Below are positions 1 through 12,058 of a stretch of DNA of 59,996 nt, piece after piece (the first letter of the stretch is position 1; each line of letters opens with the position of its first letter). Source of the stretch: Chiloscyllium plagiosum (lineage: Eukaryota). The translations under genes and the position numbers were made by a program. The notes beneath the pieces were generated by a model. It had not been told where the DNA came from. It saw only the letters and a list, made by a program, of their open reading frames with translations, and made no database searches. Location: assembly GCF_004010195.1 (NCBI RefSeq), contig NW_025215379.1, positions 53,961 to 113,956 on the forward strand. Reading direction: 5' to 3'.

Positions 1-389
1 CCCTTCTTGTATTACATAAATACAGATATTTCGGCTATCCTACCAAGGGCTTTTATTTAATTGAGATTACAAACCTGGCTGGTCCGGGGCCCCTTAGGAG
101 AGGAATCCCGCATGAATACGGGTTTTATTACATCTGATGCTAACACATTCCGAGCATGTAAGAGACTTAAATATACACTCTGGTTAGTTGTAGGTTAGAT
201 TAGTAGATAGTTGAGTTTGGTTTGATTTTTTTTTCTTTTTTTCGGTTTTTTTTTGTTTTTTTTTTGTTAAATTTTGGCTATTGTATATTTGAGCTAATTG
301 TATATCAATGATTATATCTGAGAGTTTTGTTTATTTTTGTAAACTTGTAAAAATGTTAAATTTCTAATAAAAATATCTATAAAAAAAAA
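1..389 (+). mobile_element. 3' end of an L1/Tx1-type LINE (ORF2 C-terminus, 3' UTR, poly-A)
   Basis: Frame 1 reads PFLYYINTDISAILPRAFI* (1-60), resembling fish L1 ORF2 ends. It is followed by a T-rich 3' UTR, AATAAA (~367) and an A tail (~380-389). Confidence 0.5.
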
Positions 390-2074
390 TGCATTTAGGA
401 TTTTCATTTAGAACAGTTCATAAAAACGTCAGCGCAGCAATGAAGCAAATCACTATATTGCAGCATTCCTCCAAATTCACATTTCCTGCTACAAGAGTGC
501 TCTGATGTTACAATAAAGAACAGTATTTACAGGAAGTGCCAGTTTGTAGCGTCACCCTTTTCTTTATGGCTCAATATTCTTCAATATATTCTGTAGCTTG
601 ATTTGTCAATGACAGCTCGTGTAATAGTAAAACAACCAAAGACATTTTACAGCTAATCAAGTCAAAGCAAATTAAAATTTCCTGAAAAATGTGCATGTGA
701 GGACTTGGGTAAGGACAGGAGAAAAGTGCTCCATAATCAATTTTTCAGCATATGTGCAACCATTAATTACAGATGAAGATAAAAGAGGAACTTATTGAAA
801 CAAATTCAGACTCTGCCTTTTGATGTAGGCCTGGTCAGTTGAAGTTGAGATGGTGCCTTGTCTGAAGAGAAGGCTTGCCATTGGAGAATTGTCTCTGCTG
901 CTGTGATGCCCTTCATAGTTGATCTGCAAGAGGTTTTAACTGGACTGAAGTAGGGAAGAGACTGGCCTTTTGTTTGTCTTTTGTGGTGCTGCCTTTTTAA
1001 AATTGATGAAGGGAGGATGATGGTGTTATACTATTGTCAATGGATTAAGTAATCCAGTAATGTTCTTGGGAACTTGGTTCAAACCTTACCATTGCAGATG
1101 GTGCCATTCAAATTTAATGAAAACCTGGAACTAAAAGTCTAATGATGACAATGAAAACAGTATCAACCAAAACACACTGGTTCACTAATGCCCTTCAGGG
1201 AAAGACACTTGCTACTGAAGGTATTTGGCATGCAAGAGACCCAGTTTTGTAACTTCATCAGATTACTGCTTCACGTTTAGGTATGTCTGATGTTACTCCT
1301 GGCATGTCTTCCAGCACTATGCTTACCTGTGACTCCAGATCTACAGCAATGTGATTGATTCTTCACTGCCTCCTAAAATGGTTTCATAAACCATTCAATC
1401 GTATCAAAAAATATCAAGAAATTAAATAAATCAGACAACCTCACATTAACTTAGGCACCGGAAATGGCACTGGCAAATCCAGTCGTTCATTAACAACTGG
1501 GTGTTAGTGCCAAAAATTGGGAGAACTATCTCACAAAGTAATGAAGAGAAAGATTTGTATAATCATACTCACAGAATCATACCTTACACACACTATTTCA
1601 GAGAACACCATCAACATCTTCTGTCCCACAAATGACAGACAAAGCAGATAGGGTGTGTACACTCAGGGAGCCGTTTTCCTGGAAGTCCTCAACATTAACT
1701 CTGGACAGAATGAAGTATCATTGAATCAGGTCAAATAAGAGCAAAGAAGACCTGCTAATTACCAGGCACTGCATATCCTCAGCTGATGAATCAGAACTCC
1801 TCCATGTTGAACATCACTTGGAGAAAGCACTGAGGGTAGCAAGGGTGCAGAATGTTCACTGCATGGGGTACTTCAATGTCATTGTAAAAAGTAGCTCGGT
1901 AACACCACAACTCACTGAACTGGGCGAGTCCTAAAGGACACGCCTGTTAGACTGGGTCTGTGGCAAGTGGTGAGGGAACCAATGAGAGAAAAATATACCT
2001 TAGCTCACCACTACCAGTCGATCTTTTAGGGAGTCATCTGACCAGACAGTATCAGTATCAGTGACCTTTGCAGA

Positions 2075-3876
2075 ACATGGATCACGCACCCTGAACATCC
2101 ACAAGAAGGCCCTCTATCAACCTGACTCAGCATCATGAAGCAAATCCATGATCATCAAGATCCATAGGAAAGCTTTATAGAATATTGACCACACCTAATA
2201 TCTCAGAAGTGTCCTGTTGGCCAAAGCAGCTATTGATGAGATATCCAGCACCACCTCCTGTGTGCTAGTGCAGCCTTCAGTCGCCTGAGAAGAAGGTTGT
2301 TCAAGAGCAATATCAGATCTGACAGCAAGCTCAAGGCTTACAGAGCTGTGGTGGTTCCCACCCTTCCATACGGCTGTGAGACATGGACTGTCTACAGTAG
2401 ACACCTCAAGGCACTAGAACAATGCCACCAACGCTGCCTTCATAACATCCTGCGAATCTGCTGGAAAGAAAGACACACCAATACCAGCGTCCTCGATCAG
2501 GCCAACATCCCCCGCATCAAATCATTTAATTGAATTGAATTTAATTGAATTTATTGTCACGTGTACCGAGGCACAGTGAAAAGCTTTGTGTTGCAAGCAA
2601 TACAGGCAGATCCCATAGTTAAATAGCATCGATAAATAAATAATAGGTAAACAGGAGCAAAAACAAAAACACAGGTACAGGCAAATGTTAACAGTTTGTG
2701 AGTCCATTTAGTATTCTAACCACAGTAGGGTAGAAACTGTTTCGAAACCGGCTGGTGCGTGTGTTCAGGCTTCTGTACTTTCTCCCCGATGGTAGAAGTT
2801 GTAGAAAAACATTGTCAGGGTGGGATGGATCTTTGAAAATGCTGGCGGCCTTTCCTTGACAATGGGCCTGGTAGATGGATTCTATAGATGGGAGTTTGGC
2901 CTTTGTGATTGTCCAGGCTGAGTTCACCATTCTCTGTAACCATCTCCGACCTTGAATGGTACAGTTGCCATACCAGGTAGTGATACATCCAGACAGAATG
3001 CTCTCGATGGCACACCTATAAAAGTTGGCAAGTGTATTCATCATCATGTCAAATTTCCTCAGCTGCCTGAGGAAGAAGAGACGTGCATCCACATGAAGAG
3101 TCCAAGAAAGCTTGTTGTGGATGACCACTCCCAGGAGCTTGACCCTCTCCACTCGTTCCACCTGTGTGTTGTTAATGTGTAAGGAGGCATGAGTAATTTC
3201 CCACCGAAAATCAATAATGAGTTCCTTGGTTTTGCCGGCATTGAGAGCTAGGTTGTTCTCAGTGCACCATTTTCCAGGTCTTCCACCTCCCGTCTATAGT
3301 CTGTTCATCGCGATCTGAAATTCGACCTACTATGGTGGTGTCATTAGCAAATTTGCAAATGGCATTAGTCTGGCATACAGTGAGTACGCACCCCTGGGTC
3401 TCCAGTGTTGAGTGTTAGTGAGGATGAAATATTGTCCCCAGTCTTCACTGATTGTGGCCTGTGGGTCAGGAAACTGACCACCCTTGATTGGCTATAATGG
3501 GGTGGGTACATTGTCTACACGGCCAATATGAGACTCCCCAAGTGGGTGCTCTACTCCCAGCTCTGAAACGGCAGGTGAGCCGCAGGTGGGTAAAGGAAGC
3601 GCTTCAGGGAAACCCTCAAAGCCTCACTGGTAAACTGCAGCATTCCCACTGGGCCAAGACCATCCAAAATGGAGGAGGTGCATCTGGGAAGGCACCTCAA
3701 GACTTGACATTGAGAAAAAAGTGGAAGGAGCAGGCTGCCATTCCAATGCCCCAACCACCCGCCCCAAGTATTACAGAACTTGTGGTAGCCACATCAGTCT
3801 GTACTGCCACCTACAGACTCACTCTGAGAGTGGAAGAGAATCATCCTTATTTGCAAAGGACCATTGATGATGATGA
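2075..3876 (+). mobile_element. RTE-clade LINE 3' fragment, split by a Rex1/Babar insertion
   Basis: ORF 2297-2533 reads KLKAYRAVVVPTLPYGCETWTVYSRHLKALEQCHQRCL, a typical RTE C-terminal region. It resumes at ~3478 and ends in (GAT)n at 3866-3876. Confidence 0.8.
2522..3477 (-). mobile_element. Rex1/Babar-clade LINE 3' fragment
   Basis: ORF 2688-3161 has RLFFLRQLRKF, FYRCAIESILSGCITTWYGNCT and RTSRFRNSFYP (Rex1-type). The 3' end is an (ATTCA)-like repeat at ~2525-2552. Confidence 0.85.
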
Positions 3877-5267
3877 GTTCTTGTGGAGACAAGGTTCCAT
3901 TGTCACATTAAGACAACTTCCATCTTGTTGCACAGCACTAACACCAAATTAAATTGGATAGACTGAACAGATCTAGCAACTCAAGATTGGACATGTATGC
4001 AATGATGTAGCCATGAACAATTGTGTCCTCAAACACAATCTGCAAACTCATGGCCCAGCATATGCCACCATTACAATCCCAACCTTGGTTGATCAGCCTT
4101 TTCTCAATGATGAGTGCAGGAGGGCATGCCAGGTGCAAAACCAGTGGCAAGCTGATGAAGTTAGAAAACAGGACCTCTTCAATGCCAACAGCATACGTTG
4201 CAGTGATAAATAAAATTAAGTAATTCCACAACTAATGGGTGAGAGTTATGCTCTGCAGTCCTGCCACATCTAATCATGAATGTTGAGGACAAGTAAACAA
4301 CTCACCGGAGGAAAAGGCTTCACAAATACCTTCATTTTCAATGATTGGAGAGACCAGCGCATGAATTCAAAAGATATGATTGAACCATTTGCAACGTGCT
4401 TCTGCCAGAAGTGCCAAGTGGATGATCCAACCAGCAGGGACAATCATCACAGATGCCAATCTTTAACCAATTTGATTAACTCCACGTGATATCAAGAAAT
4501 GACTGGAGACACTGGATACTACAAAAGTTATGGGCTCTGACAACCTTCCAGCAATAGTACTGGAAACATATATTTCAGAATTTGCTGTACCCCAGCCAAG
4601 CTGTTCCTGTAGAGTTACTTGACAATGTGGAAAATTGCCCAGGTATGTGCAATATATAAAAAGCAAGACAAATCCAATCCAGCCAGTTACTGCCTCATCA
4701 ATCTATTCTGAATCATCAACAATGTTATAGAAGATGACATCAACAATGCAACCAAGGAACAAATTAGCAATTCGCCAGGACCACTCAGTCCTAATGACAT
4801 TACAGCTTGGTACAAACACTAACAAAAGAGCTGAATTCCAGAGGAGACATTAGAGTGACAGCGCTTGACATCAAGGCTGCTTTTAGTTGAGTTTGGCACT
4901 GGAGTCAACAGGAATCAGAGGGTATACTCTCCATTGGTTGGAGTCACATATAGCACAAACGAAGATGATTGTTGTGGTTGGTCAGTCATCTCAGCTCCCG
5001 GACATCTCTGCAGGAGCTCCTCAGGATAGTGGCCCAGGCCCAACTACCTTTTCAGCTACTTCATCAAAGACCTTCCTCCATCTTAAGGTCAGAAGCTGTG
5101 AGGTTTGATAATGTCTGCATCATTCATTAGTCCTCACTTACTGAACCAGTAAATGTCCAAATGCAGCAAGACTTTGATAATATCTAGCTTGGGCTTACAA
5201 GTGACAAGTAAAACTCATGCAACATAAGTGCCAGGTAATGGCCATTTCTAACAACAGGAGATCTAAC

Positions 5268-6334
5268 ATTGGATTAGAAACTGGCTTTCTGGAAGAAGGC
5301 AGCAAGTGGTGGTTGATGAAAAATATTCAGCCTGGAGTCCAGTTACTAGTGGTGAGCCACAAGGATCTGTTTTGGGACCACTGCTGTTTGTCATTTTTAT
5401 AAATGACTTAGATGCAGGCATAGATGGATGGATTAGTAAATTTGCAGACGGCAGTAAAGTCGGTGGAGTAGTGGGCAGTTTGGAAGAATGTTACAGGTTT
5501 GCAGGGAGACTTGGATAAACTGCAGAATTGGGCTGAGAGGTGACAAATTGAGATCAATGCAGCTAAATGTGAAGTGATGCACTTTGGAAAGAATAAAAGG
5601 AAGGCAGAGTACTGGGTCAATGGAAAGATTCTTGGTAGTGTGGATGTGCAGAGGGATCTTGGAGTCCATGTGCATCGATCCCTGAAAGTTGCCACCCAGG
5701 TGGATAATGCTGTGAAGAAGGCATACGGTGTGTTAGGTTTCATTGGTAGAGGGATTGAGTTCTGGAACCGCAATATTATGCTGCAACTATACAAAACGCT
5801 GGTGCCGCCACACTTGGAATATTGTGTTCAGTTCTGGTCGCCCCATTACAGGAAGGATCTGGAAGCATTGGAAACGGTGCAGAGGAGACTTACCAGGATG
5901 TTGCCCAGTCTGAAGGAAAGGTCTTATGAGGAAAGGCTGAGAGACTTGGGTCTGTTCTCTTTGGAAAGAAGAAGGCAAAGAGGGGATTTGATAGAGACAT
6001 ACAAGATGATCAGAGGATTAGATAGTGTAGACAGTGAAATACTTTTTCCTAGGATGATGACATCAGCTTGTACGAGAGCGCATAACTACAAATTGAGGGA
6101 TGATAGATTTAAGACAGATGTCAGAGGAAAGTTCTTTACGCAGGCAGTGGTATGGGTGTGGAATGCCCTACCTGCTAATGTAGTCAACTCAACCACATTA
6201 GGGAGATTTAAACAATCCTTAGATAAGCACATGGGTGATTTTGGGATAGTGTAGGGGGACGAGCTCAGAATAGTTCACAGGTCAGTGGAACATCAAAGGC
6301 CGAAGGGCCTGTTCTGCGCTGTATTGTTCTATGT
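5268..6334 (+). mobile_element. CR1-clade (HER1-like) LINE 3' fragment
   Basis: RT motifs [20 protein letters not shown] and KFADG; ORF 5574-6254 has LEYCVQFWSPHYRKD and RGDLIETYK; the tail ends in gttctatgttcta. Flanked by the direct repeat TCTAAC (5262-5267 / 6335-6340). Confidence 0.9.
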
Positions 6335-6675
6335 TCTAACCATCACCCCTTGATAGTTAATGACATTACTGTCGCTGAATCCGCTCTATCAACATCTTTG
6401 GGATTACCATTGATCAGAAACTGAACTAGATTGGCCATGTAAGGACAGCGGCTACAAGAGAAGGTCAGGGATTTGGAATCCTCCAGCAATAAACTCACCT
6501 CATGACTCTCCAAAGCCCATCCACTATCTACAATGTACAAGTCAGGAGTGTGACAGAACATGCTCCATTTGCCTGGATGAATGCAACTCAAGCAGCACTC
6601 AAGAAGCTTAACACTATCCAGGGCGAAGCAGCCCATCTGATTGGCACCACATCCACAAGTATTCACTCACTCCAT

Positions 6676-6699
6676 CAGCAGCAGCAGCAGCAGCAGCAG
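6676..6699 (+). repeat. (CAG)8 microsatellite inside a LINE remnant
   Basis: Eight perfect CAG units. Confidence 0.95.
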
Positions 6700-7249
6700 C
6701 ATGTATTACCTACAAGATACACTGCAGAAAGTCACCATGGTTGCTTAGACAGCACCATCCAAAACTACAACCACTACCATCCAGAGAGACATGGGAAATT
6801 CTGCAAATTCTAAGCCACTCACCCTCCTGTCTTGGAAATATATCACTGTTCCTTTAGTGTTGGTGGATCAAAATCCTGGAGATCCCTCTCTTATTATAGG
6901 TCAAACCAAAAAGACTGTAAACCAAATAGAAGGCAATTCATCACCTCCCTGTCAATGACAACTAGGGATAGGCAATAAATGCTGGTCCAGCCAGTGATGC
7001 CAACATACCATAAATGAATTTAAAAAATTACAGCAGTCTGTTAGTTGGGTTTGTGGGGATACCTTGTTGCTGATGCAAACATGATGGGCTGAATGGTCTG
7101 CTTCTGCATCATTACAGTTCAGTGGTTCTTTTGCCAATGCAAGCAGTTTGTCTCTCTGTTTCTCTGAAGCTGTCTTAGGATATCTCTCATTTCATTTCTG
7201 TTTTTTGTAGTTGCCCTGCCTTTCCTGTATTTTTAGGGTATAATTCTTC

Positions 7250-7355
7250 TTCCGGACCCGAAACGTTGATTTGCTGATGCTGCCTGGCTTGCTCCTGTTC
7301 TTCCAGTCTCCCGCTTGTCTACTTTGGATTCCAACATCAGCAGATTTTTATCTCT
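7250..7355 (+). mobile_element. Penelope-like terminal fragment with partial hammerhead (stem II and GAAACGUU only)
   Basis: tccggacccgaaacgttga...gatgctgcctggcttgct...ttccag...ccaacatcagcag, similar to the other PLE termini in the window. Confidence 0.55.
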
Positions 7356-7897
7356 AATCTTTGTTGTATTTTTGGCAGGAAACAAAGATGGTCAATGTGT
7401 CATCTGAGCTGGAAAGCTGCCAAAACAATGTTCCAAGTAAGGCAAGCGGTAATCCAATTTAATACCACAATCTTATTCAGAACCTGCAGTGTTCAAGCAA
7501 GCTGTGGCTTCTCACACCTTCAGGCTCTTACTAATCAAACTCCTTGTGCTAGAAGGCAAGTCATCAAATCGATGAATCCCATTTGCACTTGTGGAATACT
7601 CGCTGAATTCTTTAAGTATATATCTCAGAATATCCTCTCTCTGACCTTTCTGAAGTGGTCCCAGTCTGAATCCTCAAGGAGAAGGCCAGTTAACCCTTAG
7701 AATCCACTTTGAAAACAGTCTTTGAACTCAGTCCAAGGTTTAAAAATATAATTTATAAAGTAGTTTATTTTAAAAGATGTCAACCCATCATAATTGTACA
7801 GAGAGAGAGAGAGAGAAAAATAAAATTGGGAAAGAGATGAAGAAATATAAGAAAGGAATAAAAAGGAGAAGACAGACAAACTAATAACTTTCATTAT

Positions 7898-8200
7898 CTC
7901 CTTTCATGATCTCAGGTCATTTCCAAGCATTTTACAATCTATTAAGTACTTTTGAAATGTCATAATTGTTATATTAGTACAGCAGCTAATTTCACATACT
8001 GCAAAATGCCATAAATAGCAGTGAGATTGTGACCACATAATTTACTTTAATGGTGTTCGTTTAGGGGTAAATATCTGCCAGGGCACGAGGAAGATCTTCC
8101 CTGTTTAGCTTTAAATGGTGTTGTGGGCACTTACTTGCCCTTCAGAGATGACACACTGGGTTTCAGTTTAACATGTCAGTGAAAAGACAGCCTCCGAGGA
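7898..8200 (-). mobile_element. Deu-domain SINE (SacSINE1/AmnSINE1-like), old copy
   Basis: The reverse complement reads tcggaggctgtcttttcactgacatgttaaactga...gtgccctggcagatatttacccct...aaagtacttaatagattgtaaaatgcttggaaatgacctgagatcatgaaagg, matching the remembered DeuSINE core and tail. Confidence 0.6.
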
Positions 8201-8835
8201 AATGATTCAGTTCTGTATATTCTGCTAAGTACCAGCGCAATGAAGAGGGATAATTTATCTGTTCATTAGAATCTGCATATATTTGATGTTCATTAGGCAA
8301 TGATTTTATATTCAAACATTAAAACTGGGGAGGCATTTTTATCAAAGCTCTTAAATTTGAGACTAAAGCAAATTTGCACATTAACTACAAGACAATGCCA
8401 TCATTTTTTTAGTTTACTTTTTCACTATTTCTCAAGTAGCAGTTAACAAAAAAAGTGAAATTTGACTCCATATGACTTTGTATGCAAATCACTTCATTGA
8501 AGTCCGACAGGAGAGAATATCAAGGTTGCTGCGTTAAGTGACTATGTCTGTCGTGCAGGGAAACAGACACTCTAAAAAGAGATTCAAATATCTGTGTATA
8601 TGATGTCATCCCTACCTCTAATCCACAAGACGTGGGTTCAACTCCCACCAGCTCCAGAGGTGTGTAGTAACATCACTGAACAGGCTGACTAGAAAACTCT
8701 ACACAGCAAAGTCTCAACATTATGTAAAAAAATTACTCTGCTTAACGACATGTTGGAGGAGGATTAACCTGTGCATCAAGAATGTCACAAGAAGCAAGAA
8801 TCATCATAGCACACCAGAGAAGAACTGGTCTATCT

Positions 8836-9330
8836 GGCATAGTGATGACTTAACCCAGAGGCCTAAGTTATTGCTATGGGGACACAAGTTCAAATCCCAA
8901 CAAGCAGCTGGTGGCATTTCAAATTAATGAATGAAATCAGGAATTAAAACCTGTGGCAGAAATTTACAAGAAGAGGCGAGTGGCTGCTGGCTTTAGCCTT
9001 CTGCATTATGGGAGTGAGCGAAAAGACATATAATATCCAGCTTCTGGATTAGTGGTGCTGGGGTATCCAGCCCTTAGTCTCAGCAATTGTGACTATGAGC
9101 TTATCACTGATTGCTGTAAAATGTCATCTGATTCACTCTTATCCTTTCGAGAAAGAAATCTGCCATCCTTACCCAAACAGGCCTACATTTATCTCCAGAT
9201 GTAAAGAAATGTTGCTGACTCTTAATTGTTTTTTGAAATGGTATAACAAGCTACTTTATTCAACGAACATTAAGTTTAGGCAATAAATGTTGATCTTCCC
9301 AGCAAAATCGACATCAGATGAAGGAATGAA
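8836..9330 (+). mobile_element. tRNA-headed SINE sharing both 5' head and 3' tail with the LINE at 1020-7025
   Basis: B-box-like agttcaaatccc (8887-8898); central blocks similar to 1178-1381; tail ggcaataaatgttg...catcagatgaaggaatga. Confidence 0.65.
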
Positions 9331-9678
9331 GTAGAAGCTGGAGTGGGACATTTAACTCTCTGAGCTTGTTCCAACATTCAACAAGATCATGGCTGCCCTT
9401 CTACCTCAACTCTGCCCTCCTATATTATCTCCAGTTCTCTGAATTTCCTCAATTCTTAAAAACCTTTCAGATCTGTTTTTGATATACTTAATAAGAAAGC
9501 ACTTACAGCTCTCTGGGGTGGAAAATTCCTCTTGGTCTGATTAATGCTACAGGTTATTTTGTATTGTGTGAATTGATTCCTGTCTCAGTCAGATGTAGAA
9601 CGGTCATTCATCTAACCTTTACACAAAATGTGAGTGCTTTCCTTTCTCTTTCAGCTTGCTCTATCGGTTTTTGAAAGC

Positions 9679-10246
9679 GAGTCAAAAAGGGTGACGCTGG
9701 AAAAGCACAGTACGTCAGGCAGCAGCCGAGGAGCAAGACAGTAGACATTTCAGGCATAAAGCCCTTCATCAGGAAAGTGGAGAGGGAAGGGGGATGAGAG
9801 ATAAATAGGGGGATTGGGAAGGTAGGTGGAAAGGCGATAGGTAGAGTTAATTGTGATAGGTCAATGGGGAGGGCAAAGTGGATAAGTAGCAAGGAAAATG
9901 GGCAGGTAGGACAGGTCGAGAGGGCGGTGCTGAGTTGAAGGGTTGGATCTGGGATGAGGTAGAGGGAAAGGAGATTTGGAAACTAGTGAAGTCGATGTTG
10001 ATGCCGTGTGGTTGAAGGGCCCTAAGGCGGACGATGTGGCTTTCTTCCTCCAGTTGGTAGATGGTTTGATTTGGCAGTGGCCCAGGGCTTGCATGTCTTT
10101 GGAAGAGTGGGAGGGGGAGTTGAACTGGTCAGCTACAGTGTAGTGGAACTCTTTGGTACGTGTGACCCAGCGACGTTCCCAGAAACACTCCGCGAGTTGG
10201 CGTTCTATCTCCAAGACCAGCATCTGCAGTCCTCACTTTCTTCCAG
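9679..10246 (-). mobile_element. Penelope-like element fragment (GIY-YIG C-terminus plus hammerhead-bearing terminus) with inverted tail
   Basis: The minus frame gives LAECFWER...VADQFNSPSHSSKDMQALG; hammerhead-like motif at 9744-9772; inverted tail at 10217-10246; imperfect TSD gtttttgaaa / gtttttagaaa. Confidence 0.8.
9744..9772 (-). ncRNA. Minimal type I hammerhead ribozyme motif (slightly decayed)
   Basis: The minus strand reads CUGAUGA A GGGC UUUAU GCCU GAAA UGUC. Confidence 0.55.
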
Positions 10247-10959
10247 TTTTTAGAAACTTTTGAAAAGTTTGGTTTCTGTTAAGGATGTCAAGCAGGTTTA
10301 GTAAGTACAGTGATTAGCTGTGTTAGCTGGGGAGGGTCAGGAGAAGGCTGCAGGATGGATCAAGAAAAGAGGAGAAAATCTCACTAGAGCCCCCAGGAAT
10401 ATAAATAAGTAATATATAAATAAATGGTGTTTCCTGATCCAAATGGGGTAAGAATAGATGAGAATCAAGTGTCCAAATGCAACATGAAATAAAGAAAGAA
10501 ATGAAATAAGAATGAACCAGATGGCAAAATAAAGCATGAAACAAGATGAAGGCGGAAGTATGATCCAAAATTGTTGAATTCAATGTTGAAGGCTACAGCA
10601 TGTTGAGCTGAAAGCTGAAGTACTGCTCATGTTGATTTCATTGGAACACTGTCGCACATCAAAGACAGAAAGGTCAAATTGGAGGATTGAAATGAGTAGC
10701 AACAGTAACCTGAAGACCACAGTTGCATACTAGAAGGAGATGTTCTATAATGCAAAGATCCAGCCTGCATTTGGATGTGGCAATGCACAGGAAAACGTGC
10801 TAAGGAGTTTAAACTTAACAGTCATGTACAGGGTTCCTAGAGAGCCTAAAAGAAAGAATGTGGCTTCAGTGCAGGGTAGCAATATTACTAACAATAACTC
10901 ATTTGTGACAAGAAGGCATAGAGCATACAAGCATATGAATATCCGACAAATAAGGTCAA

Positions 10960-12058
10960 AGTAGAACTTAACTGGTTAAAAAAGGCATAATAAAATGTAC
11001 TTGAACTTATAGCATTTGTAATAAGATGATGGATTGAAATTGTGAATAGAAATAAATGTACTTGATATGATCACCATTAAAGAGATGTAACTGTAACCTG
11101 ATCAAGGCTAGATCTGACTATTCAAAGGTTTTAATATTTCAGAAGGATAGGAAGAAAGGAATAGAGGTCAAGCATGCTGTACTGGTAAAAGATGAGATCA
11201 GGACATTAATGATAAGTGATCTTGATTGGAAGATCAAAATGTACAATCTGTTACGGTGAAAATAAAACATATTAAATGAAGAAACACACTGATGGGTGTA
11301 CTATACAGACCATCCAACAGTTGCTACATTGTAGGTTGCGTAACCATAGTTACAATGTTGGACATTGCATACATCAAGAAATAATGGAGGCTTGTAAGAA
11401 AAGCACTGCAATAATCATTGACAGTTTTAAACTTTGCGTGGATTGGATAAATCAAATTAGGGAAGTTCAAGAAGATGACTTCATAGTGTGTAATTAAATG
11501 ATATCTTAGAAGAATATTTTAATCAAACTAACTTGGAACTCTCAGTCATAGTAACGTGCAATGGAAAAAGATTAATGACTCCATGGTAAAGGTTGCTGTA
11601 GGCAAGAATGATCACAATGTAATAACATTCCACATTCAGTTTGAGGATAAAACGTGTAGATGTAAAACAAGAGCCTTAAACTTAAATAAAAACATTTACA
11701 AGCGTCTGAATATAGAGAAACTGGAAAAGTAGCTTAAAAAGTAAAACAGTGAATAAGCAGTGGCAGAAATTTAAGGAGACATTTCACAACTATCAAACAT
11801 ATCATTCATTGAGATAGAAAGACTTTGTGAGAAGAATGTATCATTAGGGATTAATGAGGAAGTTAAGTTGGTATCAAATTAAAGGTAATGGCATACAAAA
11901 CTACAAAGATTGATGAACATAAGAAAATTTTAGAAACCAACAATGGACTTAATAGAAATTGAGAAACGAAGAATATGAGATAGAACGAGCAAGAATTATA
12001 AAAAACAGGGAGTTAAAGCCTCAACAAGTATATATAAAGGAAGAGAGTGGCTAAGTGT
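10960..12058 (+). mobile_element. Heavily decayed CR1 LINE fragment (endonuclease and linker)
   Basis: Degenerate equivalents of the endonuclease seen intact at 59430-59996 (FQKDRKKG-like, NDHNVI-like, QWQKFKE). Confidence 0.6.

Larger units (their letters stand above)
1020..7025 (+). mobile_element. Decayed CR1/L2-group LINE with tRNA-like 5' head; host of three nested insertions
   Basis: Degenerate APE endonuclease ~1490-2070 (TESYL, GxFNV-like motifs), RT motifs ALDIKAAF (~4861) and GAPQDSGPGP (~5012), and a 3' tail ggcaataaatgctggtccagcc...atgaat (6971-7021). Many stops and frameshifts. Confidence 0.75.

Noticed and set aside
6502..6813. ORF with a polyglutamine tract
   Set aside because: It is LINE C-terminal sequence with a (CAG)8 microsatellite, not a host gene.
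7379..7700. Possible plus-strand exon after ttttggcag (ORF 7395-7700)
   Set aside because: No recognisable protein in any frame, and the pyrimidine tract partly derives from a PLE terminus.
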